Shown here: positions 1 through 9,952 of the stretch, one piece after another
Numbering within the stretch: the stretch's first letter is position 1
How the letters are laid out: each line of letters starts with the position of its first letter
Source: an uncultured Gemmatimonadales bacterium
GTDB taxonomy: Bacteria; Gemmatimonadota; Gemmatimonadetes; Gemmatimonadales; GWC2-71-9
NCBI GenBank assembly: GCA_963828735.1
Contig: CAWHFW010000004.1
Coordinates: 128,001-192,000 of the forward strand
Reading direction: 5' to 3'
Length of the DNA: 64,000 nucleotides
Notes under the pieces: model-generated
The model's database searches: none
What the model was told of the DNA's origin: nothing
The model's input: only the letters and a program-made list of their open reading frames with translations
Program-made: the position numbers and the translations under genes

Positions 1-465
1 GACGGCCTGCTCCACATCTCCGACATGAGCTGGACCAAGCGCGTGCAGCACCCGTCCGAGGTGGTCAAGAAGGGCGACAGCGTCGACGTGGTGATCCTCA
101 ACATCGATGCCGAGAACAAGCGGATCAGCCTCGGGCTCAAGCAGGCCGAGGAGGATCCCTGGCTCCGGATCGGGGAGACCTATCCGATCGGCCTTGAGCT
201 CCGCGGCCGCGCCGTCCGCCTGATGGACAAGGGCGTCGTCGTGGATCTCGGCAACGACATCGAGGGCTTCGTGCCGATGTCGCAGCTCGGCGTCGCGAAC
301 ATCGAGAACCCGGGCGACGCGGTAAAGGAAGGCCAGGCGCTCGATCTCAAGGTGCTGGAGGTCGACCCGATCCATCACCGGATCGTGCTCGCGGTGGTCG
401 GGTACCCGGACGAGCCCATCGTCCCACCGATCAGGCCGGTCTACGAGGAGAGCAAGGCCGAGTAA
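1..465 (+). CDS. rpsA: 30S ribosomal protein S1, C-terminal part (starts before window)
   Basis: Frame open from base 1 (DGLLHISDMSWTKRVQHP); two S1 OB-fold repeats (KRISLGLKQ, IEGFVPMSQL). Confidence 0.95.
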   Translation, partial: DGLLHISDMSWTKRVQHPSEVVKKGDSVDVVILNIDAENKRISLGLKQAEEDPWLRIGETYPIGLELRGRAVRLMDKGVVVDLGNDIEGFVPMSQLGVANIENPGDAVKEGQALDLKVLEVDPIHHRIVLAVVGYPDEPIVPPIRPVYEESKAE

Positions 466-491
466 CCACTCCTCCTCCATTCCGCAGCATC

Positions 492-521
492 CGGGGGGTA
501 CGCCGAAAGGTGTACCCCCCG
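492..521 (+). terminator. Stem-loop after rpsA (13 bp stem, GAAA tetraloop, weak U tail)
   Basis: cggggggtacgcc-gaaa-ggtgtaccccccg. Confidence 0.6.
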
Positions 522-685
522 TGCATTCGCACCCCTGGTCGCGTGAGTCATGGGTGCGGGCGCCTCCGGCCCTCCTTCTGAGGGTGCGATGCGCGCGCTA
601 TCTTAGGCCGCCCGCGCGAGGGTCGCGGTGAGATCGAAGAGCCGCCGCGCGCCGCCCGGCGGCGGCGCCGCATCGGAGAGCCGCC

Positions 686-1954
686 ATGTTCGTCACCAGC
701 GACCCGACCAGACCAACGCCCATTCCCGTCCCTTCGGCCGCCGCACACCAGCACGCCTCCTTCGACCCCGATTCCGCGACCGAGGCCTACCTGGCCACGG
801 TCCCGGCCGACCTTCGCGCCCGTTCACATGCATACACCGACGGCGGCTACTGGCTCGGGCTCTGGAGCCTCCTTCTGAGCGCCGCCATCCTGCTCCTGCT
901 CCTTCACCGCGGCTGGTCGGCTCGCGCCAGGGACTGGAGCGAGCGGATGAGCCGCAGGCGTCCAGTGCAGGTGGCGCTCTACTACGGTGCCTTCACGCTG
1001 GTCGTCACCCTGCTGAGCTTCCCGCTCACGGTGTACGCGGGCTACTTCCGGGAGCATGCGTACGGGCTCTCGACGCAGGGCTTCGGCGGCTGGCTTCGGG
1101 ATCAGGCGGTGGCGCTCGTGGTCTCACTCGTGCTCGGCGGCATCGCGACGCCGGTGCTCTACGGCGTGCTGCGCCGGTTCCCCCGCGGCTGGACGGCGAT
1201 CGGCTCGGTGGTGAGCATAATCTTCCTCGTCGTCGGCGGGGTGATCGCCCCGGTGTTCATCGCCCCACTGTTCAATCGCTACACCCCGCTCACCGACGCC
1301 CGGATCCGCGATCCGATCCTTCGTCTCGCCCACGCCAACGGGATCGCGGTCGACCGGGTCTACGTCATGGATGCCTCCCGGCAGACCACGCGCATCAGCG
1401 GGAACGTGTCGGGCCTCCTCGGCACCGAGCGCATCACGCTGAACGACAATCTGCTCCGGCGGGCGACGCTGCCGGAGATCGAAGCGGTCATGGGTCACGA
1501 GATGGGTCACTACGTGATGGGCCACATCTATCAGTTCCTGGTCTTCTTCGCCCTGGTGATTCTGGCGGGTTTCGCCGTGCTCCGACTGGTCTTCGCCTGG
1601 GCCCTCGAACGCTGGGGCCGGCGGTGGGGCGTGCGCGGCATCGACGACCCGGCCGGGTTTCCGCTGATCATGCTGATCTTCTCGGCCTACCTCGCGCTGC
1701 TCACGCCGATCATCAACACGTACGTGCGGACCGCCGAGACGGCAGCGGACGCCTTCGGCCTCAACGCGGCGCGCCAGCCGGATGGGTTCGCGCAGATCGC
1801 CCTCAAGCTCGCCGAGTACCGCAAGCTCGATCCGGGGCCGGTCGAGGAGCTGCTCCTGTTCGATCATCCCAGCGGACGCTCGAGGATCCGCATGGCGATG
1901 CGATGGAAGGCCGCGCAGCTCGACTCCCTCCCGGTCCCGGCGCCGCCTCGCTGA
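686..1954 (+). CDS. M48 family (Ste24-like) membrane zinc metallopeptidase
   Basis: Multiple TM segments, HEMGH zinc motif, ExxAD (ETAAD), C-terminal DHP..R motif; GGAG SD. Confidence 0.9.
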   Translation: MFVTSDPTRPTPIPVPSAAAHQHASFDPDSATEAYLATVPADLRARSHAYTDGGYWLGLWSLLLSAAILLLLLHRGWSARARDWSERMSRRRPVQVALYYGAFTLVVTLLSFPLTVYAGYFREHAYGLSTQGFGGWLRDQAVALVVSLVLGGIATPVLYGVLRRFPRGWTAIGSVVSIIFLVVGGVIAPVFIAPLFNRYTPLTDARIRDPILRLAHANGIAVDRVYVMDASRQTTRISGNVSGLLGTERITLNDNLLRRATLPEIEAVMGHEMGHYVMGHIYQFLVFFALVILAGFAVLRLVFAWALERWGRRWGVRGIDDPAGFPLIMLIFSAYLALLTPIINTYVRTAETAADAFGLNAARQPDGFAQIALKLAEYRKLDPGPVEELLLFDHPSGRSRIRMAMRWKAAQLDSLPVPAPPR

Positions 1955-1994
1955 CCCTCTCGGGCCGGTCGGGGGAGCCTTATATTCTCCGGCC

Positions 1995-3548
1995 ATGGCC
2001 GACCCCAGACAGCTGCTGGACCAGCTCCATCATCGCCAGACTCTCGCCGAACAGGGTGGGGGCCCCGCGCGCGTGGCGCAGCAGCACAAGAAAGGCAAGC
2101 TCACCGCGCGCGAGCGGCTCGACCTCCTGCTGGACGAGAGCAGCTTCGTCGAGCTCGACCGCTTCGTGACCCACCGTTCGACCGACTTCGGCCTGGACCA
2201 GCACGTCATTCCCGGCGACGGCGTGGTGACCGGATGGGGCCGGATCGACGGACGGCTGGTCTACGTCTTCTCGCAGGACTTCACCGTGTTCGGCGGCTCG
2301 CTGTCGGAGGCGCACGCGGAGAAGATCTGCAAGGTGATGGATCTGGCCCTCCGGAACGGCGCGCCGGTCATCGGGCTGAACGACTCCGGCGGCGCGCGGA
2401 TCCAGGAGGGGGTCGCGTCGCTCGGCGGCTACGCCGACATCTTCCTGCGGAATACGCTCGCCTCGGGCGTCGTCCCCCAGATCTCGGCGATCCTCGGCCC
2501 CTGCGCGGGCGGCGCCGTGTACAGCCCCGCCATCACCGACTTCATCTTCATGGTCCGCGGCGTGAGCTACATGTTCGTCACCGGGCCGAACGTGGTGAAG
2601 ACGGTGACGCACGAGGAGGTCACCTTCGACGAGCTGGGCGGGGCCGACGTGCACGGCGGGACGTCGGGCGTCTCCCACTTCGTGCACGACACCGAGCCCG
2701 AGACCATCCAGGCCATCCGCGAGCTGGTCGGCTACCTGCCGCTCAATAACCTCGACGATCCGCCCCTCCGACCGAGCCAGGACCCCGTGGATCGGCGCGA
2801 CGAGGCGCTGCTGGAGCTGGTGCCGGATACCTCGAGCAAACCCTACGACATGCACGGCGTGATCGGCCGGGTCGTGGACGACGGCGCATTCCTCGAGGTG
2901 CATCGCGGATACGCCGACAACATCCTGGTCGGCTTCGCGAGGCTGGGCGGCCGGCCGGTGGGCATCGTGGCCAACCAGCCGGCGGTCCTGGCCGGCGTGC
3001 TCGACATCAACGCCTCACTCAAGGCCGCGCGGTTCATCCGGTTCTGTGACTGCTTCAATCTCCCCGTCGTCACCTTCGTCGACGTCCCCGGGTTCCTGCC
3101 CGGCGTCACCCAGGAGCATGGCGGCATCATCAAGCACGGCGCCAAGCTCCTCTTCGCCTACTGCGAGGCGACGGTGCCCAAGCTGACGGTCATCACCCGC
3201 AAGGCGTACGGTGGCGCCTACGACGTCATGAGCTCCAAGCACATCCGGGGCGACGTGAACCTGGCCTGGCCCTCCGCCGAAATCGCGGTGATGGGTCCCA
3301 AGGGGGCGGTGGAGATCCTCTTCAAGGACGAGATCGCCCGGGCCGACGATCCCCCGACGGCTACGGCGCGCCTCATCGACGAGTACACCGGCAAGTTCGC
3401 CCATCCCTATGCGGCCGCGGCCCGGGGCTACATCGACGACATCATCGATCCCCGCGACACGCGTCCCAGGCTCATCGAGGCGCTCCTTACGCTCCGGACC
3501 AAGCGGGACCGAAATCCGTCCAAGAAGCACGGGAACATTCCGCTATGA
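1995..3548 (+). CDS. pccB: Acyl-CoA (propionyl-CoA-type) carboxylase carboxyltransferase beta subunit
   Basis: [34 protein letters not shown]-terminal KKHGNIPL. Confidence 0.9.
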   Translation: MADPRQLLDQLHHRQTLAEQGGGPARVAQQHKKGKLTARERLDLLLDESSFVELDRFVTHRSTDFGLDQHVIPGDGVVTGWGRIDGRLVYVFSQDFTVFGGSLSEAHAEKICKVMDLALRNGAPVIGLNDSGGARIQEGVASLGGYADIFLRNTLASGVVPQISAILGPCAGGAVYSPAITDFIFMVRGVSYMFVTGPNVVKTVTHEEVTFDELGGADVHGGTSGVSHFVHDTEPETIQAIRELVGYLPLNNLDDPPLRPSQDPVDRRDEALLELVPDTSSKPYDMHGVIGRVVDDGAFLEVHRGYADNILVGFARLGGRPVGIVANQPAVLAGVLDINASLKAARFIRFCDCFNLPVVTFVDVPGFLPGVTQEHGGIIKHGAKLLFAYCEATVPKLTVITRKAYGGAYDVMSSKHIRGDVNLAWPSAEIAVMGPKGAVEILFKDEIARADDPPTATARLIDEYTGKFAHPYAAAARGYIDDIIDPRDTRPRLIEALLTLRTKRDRNPSKKHGNIPL

Positions 3549-3595
3549 GGTCCCGGCCTAGCGAAGTTGGAAGTGCTTGGGCATTATTGGCGTGC

Positions 3596-4609
3596 ATGCA
3601 CACTTCGCCTCCCTCCGTGGAGACGGCCCCCCGGCCGGTCAGAAGGTCGCGCATTCGCGGCCTCCTCGGTGTGCTGCTCGCGCTCGCCTCGGCCTCGCCG
3701 GTGGTGGCGCAGGGCGCGATCGACCCGAACGTCGCACCACGGGCCGCCGCCCTTGAGCGCGAGGGCGAGCGCCAGATGGCAATCGACCTCCTCGGACACT
3801 ACCTCGCCACCGCCCCCGACGACGGACGCGCCTGGCTTCAGCTGGGCCGGTTCTACCTGTTCGACGCCCGCGATTGGCACCTGCACGGGCATCGCGGCGA
3901 CCCCGACGGTCTTCTCTATCTCGAGTTCGCGGCGACCGCCCTCGACCAGGCGGCCCGCCTGTCGGTGGATTCCGGCGTGGTTCTGCGCGGCGTCACCGAC
4001 ATGGACCGTGCGCTGGTCATGGTGGAGGACTCGGGCTGGGAGGCGGCGCGAGCGTCCCCGCCGCGGCCCGATGCGGCGGCGATGCCGGCGTATATCGTCG
4101 AGCTCGGCGCCAACCTCCTGACCTCGTGTCCCTCGGGTGGCGTCCTCCTGACGGGAAGCGAGCTCGAGGCGGTCTCGGTCTGGTACGGCAGCCTCCAGCG
4201 CGCTCCCCTCGACATCCTCCCGATCCGCCCCGATCTCTACGCCACCGATTCCCTGTATCGCATCCGCATGGCCGCGGCCATGGGAGTCGACCCCCGGCTG
4301 CCGGTCCAGCGGGCCCTCGCCGAGGTCGCGGCCAAGCGCACGATCTGCCTGAGCCCGACGACGGACCTGGCGGCCGCGCCCGCGCTCACGTGGATTCCGT
4401 TCCGCCTCGTCCGGATCAGCCGAACCGCGTCCAACGGACCGGACGCGTTGAGCGTGGCCGAGCTGCTCAAGGCCTCTCGCCAGCTCCGCTCGCCATGGGT
4501 CGTGGACGTGCAGGATGTCTACGCCGCCGCCGCCCGTTACAACGCCCTGCTCTGCACCAGTCTGCTCCTCTACTTCGGGGACACGCCACCCGCGGGATGC
4601 AGGCAGTAG
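3596..4609 (+). CDS. Secreted hypothetical protein (signal peptide, TPR-like repeat, DUF2723 C-terminal-like segment); start uncertain
   Basis: RRSRIR-hydrophobic-VVAQ signal; helical repeat (PDDGRAWLQLG); NLLTSCPSGGVLLTGSELEAVSVWY. Confidence 0.65.
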   Translation: MHTSPPSVETAPRPVRRSRIRGLLGVLLALASASPVVAQGAIDPNVAPRAAALEREGERQMAIDLLGHYLATAPDDGRAWLQLGRFYLFDARDWHLHGHRGDPDGLLYLEFAATALDQAARLSVDSGVVLRGVTDMDRALVMVEDSGWEAARASPPRPDAAAMPAYIVELGANLLTSCPSGGVLLTGSELEAVSVWYGSLQRAPLDILPIRPDLYATDSLYRIRMAAAMGVDPRLPVQRALAEVAAKRTICLSPTTDLAAAPALTWIPFRLVRISRTASNGPDALSVAELLKASRQLRSPWVVDVQDVYAAAARYNALLCTSLLLYFGDTPPAGCRQ

Positions 4610-4611
4610 CC

Positions 4612-4685
4612 AGGACGGAGACGACCGAGGGGATGAAGAGGGATTGCCTGGCCGCCCTTTTTGTCCTCTCGGCCGTTTCCGTCCT
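4612..4685. repeat. Long imperfect inverted repeat (about 31 bp arms) upstream of accC
   Basis: aggacggagacgaccgaggggatgaagaggg pairs with ccctttttgtcctctcggccgtttccgtcct, mostly through G-U wobble. Confidence 0.75.
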
Positions 4686-4694
4686 CTCCGTTTC

Positions 4695-6188
4695 GTGAAC
4701 CGGGTTCTCATCGCCAACCGCGGCGAGATCGCGTTGCGCATCGTTCGCGCCTGCCACGAGGAGGGGCTCGAGGCGGTCGCCGTCTATTCCGCCGCGGACC
4801 ACGGGAGTCCGCACGTGCGGGCGGCCGACCGGGCCGTCGCCATCGGACCCGCCAGCCCGTCCCAGAGCTACCTGAACATCGAACGCCTCATCGAAGCGGC
4901 CCGCGAGGCCGGCGCGGACGCGGTACATCCGGGCTACGGATTTCTCGCCGAGCGTGCCGCCTTCGCGGAGGCCGTCGAGGCGGCAAACCTCATCTGGATC
5001 GGGCCGCCACCGTCGGCGATCCGCGCGATGGGCGACAAGACGGAGGCCCGCCGGCGCATGCAGCTCGCGGGCGTCCCCATCGTGCCCGGGGCCAGCGCGC
5101 CGATCGACGACATCGGCCCCGCGCTAGGTCTGGCGCGCGAGGTGGGGTACCCGGTCATGGTAAAGGCGGCGGCCGGTGGCGGCGGCAAGGGCATGCGGGT
5201 GGTGCGCACGCCGGACGAACTGCCGGGTGCGCTCGAGACCGCCGCGAGCGAGGCGCTCAAGGCCTTCGGGGACGCGAGCGTCTATCTCGAGAAGCTGATT
5301 CAGCAGCCACGCCACGTCGAAATCCAGGTGCTCGCCGACGACCACCGCACGATGCACCTCGGCGAGCGCGAGTGCTCCATCCAGCGGCGCCACCAGAAGC
5401 TGGTCGAGGAAGCGCCCTCGGTCGCGGTCGACGCCGAGCTGCGCGAATGGATGGGCGCGGCCGCGGTGTCCGCGGCCGAGGCGGTGGGCTACCGGGGCGC
5501 CGGCACCTGCGAGTTCCTGCTGGCGCCCGACCGCTCGTTCTACTTCCTCGAGATGAACACCCGGATTCAGGTGGAGCATCCGGTGACCGAGCTGGTCTAT
5601 GGGGTGGACCTCGTGCGGGAGCAGCTCCGGATCGCCGCGGGCGAGCCCATGCGCGTGCACGCCGGCTGGCTCAACCCCCGCGGCTGGGCGATGGAGTGCC
5701 GCATCACGAGCGAAGATCCAGCCAACGGCTTCCTGCCCAGCACGGGACGGATCGAGTACCTGCGCATTCCCGGCGGCCCGGGCGTTCGCTGGGACGGAGG
5801 GGTCGACGTCGGAGACGAGGTCACCCTGTACTACGACTCGATGCTCGCGAAGCTGATCGTGTGGGCCCCCGACCGGCCGCAGGCCATTCGCCGGATGCGC
5901 CGCGCGCTCGAGGAGCTCGCCGTCCTCGGTGTCGCGACCAACCAGGGTTTTCACCGTCGCCTGCTGGCCGATCCGGCGTTCGAGGCCGGTGACATCGACA
6001 TTCAGTTCCTCGACCGGCGGCCCGACCTGGTTCAGCCGGCGCCGAGCGAGGACGAGGTGGTCCGCCTGGTCGTCGCCGCCGCGTTGGCGGAGGACCAGGC
6101 GCGAGGCGCGCGCCGTCCGGTGCTGGGTGGTGACGATGGCGCCAGCGAGGCCTGGACCCAGCGCGCCCGACTCGAGGGACTTCGGTGA
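4695..6188 (+). CDS. accC: Biotin carboxylase subunit
   Basis: VLIANRGEIA, HPGYGFLAE, GGGGKGM, ECSIQRRHQK, EMNTRIQVEHPVTE; GTG start inferred. Confidence 0.92.
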   Translation: MNRVLIANRGEIALRIVRACHEEGLEAVAVYSAADHGSPHVRAADRAVAIGPASPSQSYLNIERLIEAAREAGADAVHPGYGFLAERAAFAEAVEAANLIWIGPPPSAIRAMGDKTEARRRMQLAGVPIVPGASAPIDDIGPALGLAREVGYPVMVKAAAGGGGKGMRVVRTPDELPGALETAASEALKAFGDASVYLEKLIQQPRHVEIQVLADDHRTMHLGERECSIQRRHQKLVEEAPSVAVDAELREWMGAAAVSAAEAVGYRGAGTCEFLLAPDRSFYFLEMNTRIQVEHPVTELVYGVDLVREQLRIAAGEPMRVHAGWLNPRGWAMECRITSEDPANGFLPSTGRIEYLRIPGGPGVRWDGGVDVGDEVTLYYDSMLAKLIVWAPDRPQAIRRMRRALEELAVLGVATNQGFHRRLLADPAFEAGDIDIQFLDRRPDLVQPAPSEDEVVRLVVAAALAEDQARGARRPVLGGDDGASEAWTQRARLEGLR

Positions 6189-7408
6189 CGGTGGTCCGGA
6201 TGCTTCGCCTGGCCGCGGGAGGTGATGGTGTAGGCAAGCTCGAGGACGGGCGCACCGTGTTCGTCCCGCGCACGGCCCCGGGCGACCTGGTCGACCTCGT
6301 CGGCCTCCGCTCCCACAAGCGTTTCGCCCGTGCTCGGGTCGGCCGCGTGGTCGAGCCGTCGACCGACCGAGTGGCTCCGCGCTGTCCGCACTACGTGCGT
6401 GACGAATGCGGCGGATGCCAGCTCCAGCATCTGGACCCGAGCACCCAGCGCGAGGCGCGTCGCGGGTTCGTGGGCGACGCCCTCCGCCGCCTGGCTCGGC
6501 GGGACGTGCCCGATCCGCCGCTCGTCGCCAGCGACCGCGAGTTCGACTACCGCACCAAGATCACCCTCGCGGTGAGCGCCGACGGCCGGCGGATCGGGCT
6601 GCATCGCTATGATCGCGCCGACCAGGTGTTCGAGCTGGAGTGGTGCCACATCACCGTGCCCGAGCTGATGGAGCTGTGGCAGGGCCTCCGGCATCTGCGC
6701 CCGCTGCTGCCACCGCGGTTGCAATCGGTCGTCCTGCGTCTCGATCGCAACGGCGGGCGCCACGCCGTGTTCCGGACTGCGGCGGGTGAGGTGTGGGCTG
6801 GAGGGACGAAGCTTCGGGATGCGCTCGCCGCCCGCGGCCTCGCGGCCACGATCTGGTGGCAGGCCGAGGACGGTGCGCCACGCGCGATGGCGGGCGCGGG
6901 AGAGACATACCCTGCGACGGTGTTCGAGCAGGTCCATCCGGCCATGGGGGATCGCGTTCGCGCTCTGGCGCTCACCGCGCTGGGCGCCGTGGCCGGCCGA
7001 CACGTGTGGGACCTCTACGCCGGGATCGGCGAGACCACCGCAGCGCTCGCGGCGATGGGTGCGTCGGTCGAGAGCGTCGAGTCCGATCGTCGCGCCGTGG
7101 CCGAGGCGGAGCGGCGCGGCCCACCCGCGCGGCGCCACGCCGCCCGAGTGGAGCACGTCCTGGGCGAGCTCCGGCGACCGGACCTCGTGATTACCAATCC
7201 GCCCCGGACAGGCATGGACGCCCGGATCCCCGATGCCCTCGAGCGCCTGCGGCCTTCCCGCGTCGTGTACGTCTCATGCGACCCCGCCACCCTCGCGCGC
7301 GATCTTTCGCGCCTGCCAGGCTTTCGCCTCTCGGAAGTCCAGGCGTTCGACCTCTTCCCGCAGACCGCCCACGTCGAGGCCGTCGTCGTGCTGGACCTCG
7401 CCTCGTGA
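6185..7408 (+). CDS. RlmD/TrmA-family RNA m5U methyltransferase (TRAM domain, Fe-S cysteines)
   Basis: C..CGGCQLQH, DLYAGIG, NPPRTG, YVSCDP, DLFPQTAHVE. Confidence 0.88.
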   Translation: MTVVRMLRLAAGGDGVGKLEDGRTVFVPRTAPGDLVDLVGLRSHKRFARARVGRVVEPSTDRVAPRCPHYVRDECGGCQLQHLDPSTQREARRGFVGDALRRLARRDVPDPPLVASDREFDYRTKITLAVSADGRRIGLHRYDRADQVFELEWCHITVPELMELWQGLRHLRPLLPPRLQSVVLRLDRNGGRHAVFRTAAGEVWAGGTKLRDALAARGLAATIWWQAEDGAPRAMAGAGETYPATVFEQVHPAMGDRVRALALTALGAVAGRHVWDLYAGIGETTAALAAMGASVESVESDRRAVAEAERRGPPARRHAARVEHVLGELRRPDLVITNPPRTGMDARIPDALERLRPSRVVYVSCDPATLARDLSRLPGFRLSEVQAFDLFPQTAHVEAVVVLDLAS

Positions 7409-7899
7409 AGTACATCGTCAGCGTCCTTGGCCGCGAGGTCGAGGTCGAGGTGGATGGCGATCGGGTCACGGTCGGGGGCCGGACCCTCATCGCGAGCCTG
7501 ACCGGGTCGGGCGCGCCGGTCCGTCAACTCCTCGTGGACGGCCGCTCGGAGTCGATGGCGGCCGAGGCGGCCGGCGGGGGCCGGTGGACGATCACCCGAC
7601 GCGGGGATCGGTGGGATCTCGAGGTCGTGGACGAGCGCACCCGGTACATTCGCGGCCTGGCCGGGAGTGGGGACAAAGCCCGCGGCCTGGCCGCCCTCAA
7701 GGCTCCGATGCCGGGCCTCGTGGTCCGCGTGCAGGTGGAGGCAGGAGCGACAGTGTCCACCGGGGCAGGGCTCGTTGTCCTCGAGGCCATGAAGATGGAG
7801 AACGAGCTTCGGGCCACGACGGCTGGCACGGTTCGGGTCGTCCGGGTGCGCCCCGGTGAGGCCGTCGAGAAAGGGCAGGTCCTGGTGGAGTTTGACTGA
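7405..7899 (+). CDS. Biotin carboxyl carrier protein (biotin/lipoyl attachment domain)
   Basis: APMPG and EAMKMEN biotinylation motif; GTGA overlap with upstream gene. Confidence 0.9.
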   Translation: MKYIVSVLGREVEVEVDGDRVTVGGRTLIASLTGSGAPVRQLLVDGRSESMAAEAAGGGRWTITRRGDRWDLEVVDERTRYIRGLAGSGDKARGLAALKAPMPGLVVRVQVEAGATVSTGAGLVVLEAMKMENELRATTAGTVRVVRVRPGEAVEKGQVLVEFD

Positions 7900-7934
7900 G
7901 CGCCATCGGTCCCCGTTTCACGCGCTCCAGCCCC

Positions 7935-7964
7935 TTGACCCGATCCGCTTCAGCCGGCTATCTT
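7935..7964 (+). promoter_or_regulatory. Putative sigma70 promoter of rplM-rpsI
   Basis: TTGACC-N18-TATCTT. Confidence 0.55.
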
Positions 7965-8015
7965 GTGAGTCTGTCTCGATTTGACCCGATTCCAGATGCA
8001 AGGCCCAAAGAGCTC

Positions 8016-8468
8016 ATGAAAACCTTCACCGCCACCCCGGCCGACATCAGTCACGACTGGCACGTCGTCGATGCCGCCAACGTGCCGCTCGGGCGGCTGG
8101 CCAGCGTCGTGGCCCAGCTGATCCGGGGCAAGCACAAGCCGACCTACACCCCGCACATGGACGGCGGTGATTTCGTCGTCGTGATCAACGCCGAGAAGGT
8201 TCGGCTGACCGGACGGAAGCTCGACAACAAGAAGTACTTCGGGCACACCGGCTACATGGGCCACGAGAGCTTCACCAGGGCGCGCGATCTCATGGCGAAG
8301 CATCCGGACCGGGTCATCGAGAAGGCGGTGTTCGGCATGCTGCCCAAGACCTCGCTCGCCAAGCAGAAGCTGCGCGGCAAGCTCAAAGTCTACGCCGGTC
8401 CGGAGCACCCGCATGTCGCCCAGCAGCCCAAGCCGTTCTCCGTCACTCCGTCGAAGGTGAGTGCATGA
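8016..8468 (+). CDS. rplM: 50S ribosomal protein L13
   Basis: MKTF..WHVVDA..LGRLAS..GKHKPTYTPH. Confidence 0.97.
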   Translation: MKTFTATPADISHDWHVVDAANVPLGRLASVVAQLIRGKHKPTYTPHMDGGDFVVVINAEKVRLTGRKLDNKKYFGHTGYMGHESFTRARDLMAKHPDRVIEKAVFGMLPKTSLAKQKLRGKLKVYAGPEHPHVAQQPKPFSVTPSKVSA

Positions 8469-8866
8469 CCGCCGCCCCCGAATTCCGCTGGCAGGCCGTG
8501 GGCCGCCGCAAGACGAGCGTCGCCCGGGTGTACCTGACCCCCGGCACCGGCAAGTGGGACATCAACGGGCGCACGCTCGGTGATTACTTCCCGCGGCCGT
8601 CGCTGGTGCAGCACATTCAGCAGAGCTTCACCGCCACCGACACGCTCGGCGCGTTCGACGTGCGGGCGCATGTGGATGGCGGCGGCCAGGCCGGCCAGGC
8701 AGGCGCGCTCCGGCTCGCGATCGCGCGGGCGCTGGTGGAGGCGGACGGGCAGCACCGGACCAAGCTCCGAGCCGCCGGGCTCATGACGCGCGATCCGCGC
8801 GCCGTCGAGCGCAAGAAGCCGGGCCGTCCGGGCGCCCGGAAGCGGTTCCAGTTCAGTAAACGGTAG
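8465..8866 (+). CDS. rpsI: 30S ribosomal protein S9
   Basis: GRRKTSVARV, TRDPRAVERKKPG, QFSKR. Confidence 0.97.
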   Translation: MTAAPEFRWQAVGRRKTSVARVYLTPGTGKWDINGRTLGDYFPRPSLVQHIQQSFTATDTLGAFDVRAHVDGGGQAGQAGALRLAIARALVEADGQHRTKLRAAGLMTRDPRAVERKKPGRPGARKRFQFSKR

Positions 8867-8874
8867 TCAGACAT

Positions 8875-8920
8875 CGGACGGTCGGACGGGCCAGGACCAT
8901 TCTGACCGTCAGACCGTCCG
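8875..8920. repeat. Palindrome built from GGACGGTC-like 8-mers
   Basis: cggacggtcggacgg...ctgaccgtcagaccgtccg. Confidence 0.6.
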
Positions 8921-8926
8921 CCAGTC

Positions 8927-9010
8927 GACACCGATTTCGCACATCGCGGGATCCGGTCGTGGGTGCCCCTTCGGGGGAAGCGGCCGGAGATGAACGCGGT
9001 GGACGCTCAA
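8927..9010 (+). ncRNA. rpsB 5' leader (t44/S2 autoregulatory RNA)
   Basis: Directly upstream of rpsB; GGGUGCCCC-UUCG-GGGG core in nested stems and a downstream GUGGA, as in the E. coli rpsB leader. Confidence 0.65.
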
Positions 9011-9041
9011 CCCTCAAGACAGATTGGATACGCACACCCGC

Positions 9042-9926
9042 ATGGCACAGCCCCAACTGCAGGACCTGCTCGAAGCCGGCGTCCATTTCGGCCACCAGAC
9101 CCGCCGGTGGAACCCGAAGATGCGGCGTTTCATCTTCGCCGAGCGCTCGGGCATCTACATCATCGACCTCCAGAAGACCCTTCGTCAGATCCAGAAGGCG
9201 CAGGAGCTGCTCAAGAGCGTCGTCCTCAAGGGCGAGGGCGTGCTTTTCGTCTGCACCAAGAAGCAGCTCAAGGCCATCGTGCAGGCCGAGGCGGCTGACT
9301 GCGGCGCCTTCTACGTGACGGAGCGCTGGCTCGGCGGCATGCTCACCAACTTCCAGACGCTCAAGAAGCAGATCCGGCGTCTGCGGGAGCTGGAGCAGGG
9401 CGCGGCGGATGGCGACTTCGAGAACTACACCAAGAAGGAAAAGCTGCTGTTCGAGCGCGAGCGCGTGAAGCTGAGCCGGAACCTCGAGGGCATCAAGCAG
9501 ATGGGCCGGCTCCCGGGCGCCCTGTTCATCGTGGACGCGAAGAAGGAGAAGATCGCTGTCGCCGAGGCCAACAAGCTCGGCGTGCCGGTCGTCGCCATCG
9601 TGGACACGAACGCCGATCCGGACGTCATTACGGTGCCGGTGCCCGGCAATGACGACGCGATTCGCTCGGTCAGCCTGATCACCGCCGCCCTGTCGGACGT
9701 GATCAAGGAAGCCCGTCAGCAGATGCCGATGCGCGAGGTCAGCGAGGATCTCGAGGCCGAGACCTACAGCACCGACACCGGCAGCGAGGGCGACAGCGAA
9801 GATCGGAAGCGGCGGCGGCCGCGGCGGAAGCGCCGGCCGAAGCCGGAGGCGATCGCGGCTCGGCTCAAGACCGACGCCGACGGCGCGGAGGCCGCCACGA
9901 CGGGCGCCGCCGGCGAGGGCGCCTAG
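9042..9926 (+). CDS. rpsB: 30S ribosomal protein S2
   Basis: LLEAGVHFGHQTRRWNPKM, RWLGGMLTN, PGNDDAIRS. Confidence 0.97.
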   Translation: MAQPQLQDLLEAGVHFGHQTRRWNPKMRRFIFAERSGIYIIDLQKTLRQIQKAQELLKSVVLKGEGVLFVCTKKQLKAIVQAEAADCGAFYVTERWLGGMLTNFQTLKKQIRRLRELEQGAADGDFENYTKKEKLLFERERVKLSRNLEGIKQMGRLPGALFIVDAKKEKIAVAEANKLGVPVVAIVDTNADPDVITVPVPGNDDAIRSVSLITAALSDVIKEARQQMPMREVSEDLEAETYSTDTGSEGDSEDRKRRRPRRKRRPKPEAIAARLKTDADGAEAATTGAAGEGA

Positions 9927-9952
9927 CGAGACCGTGTGACCCCGCGCGACGA

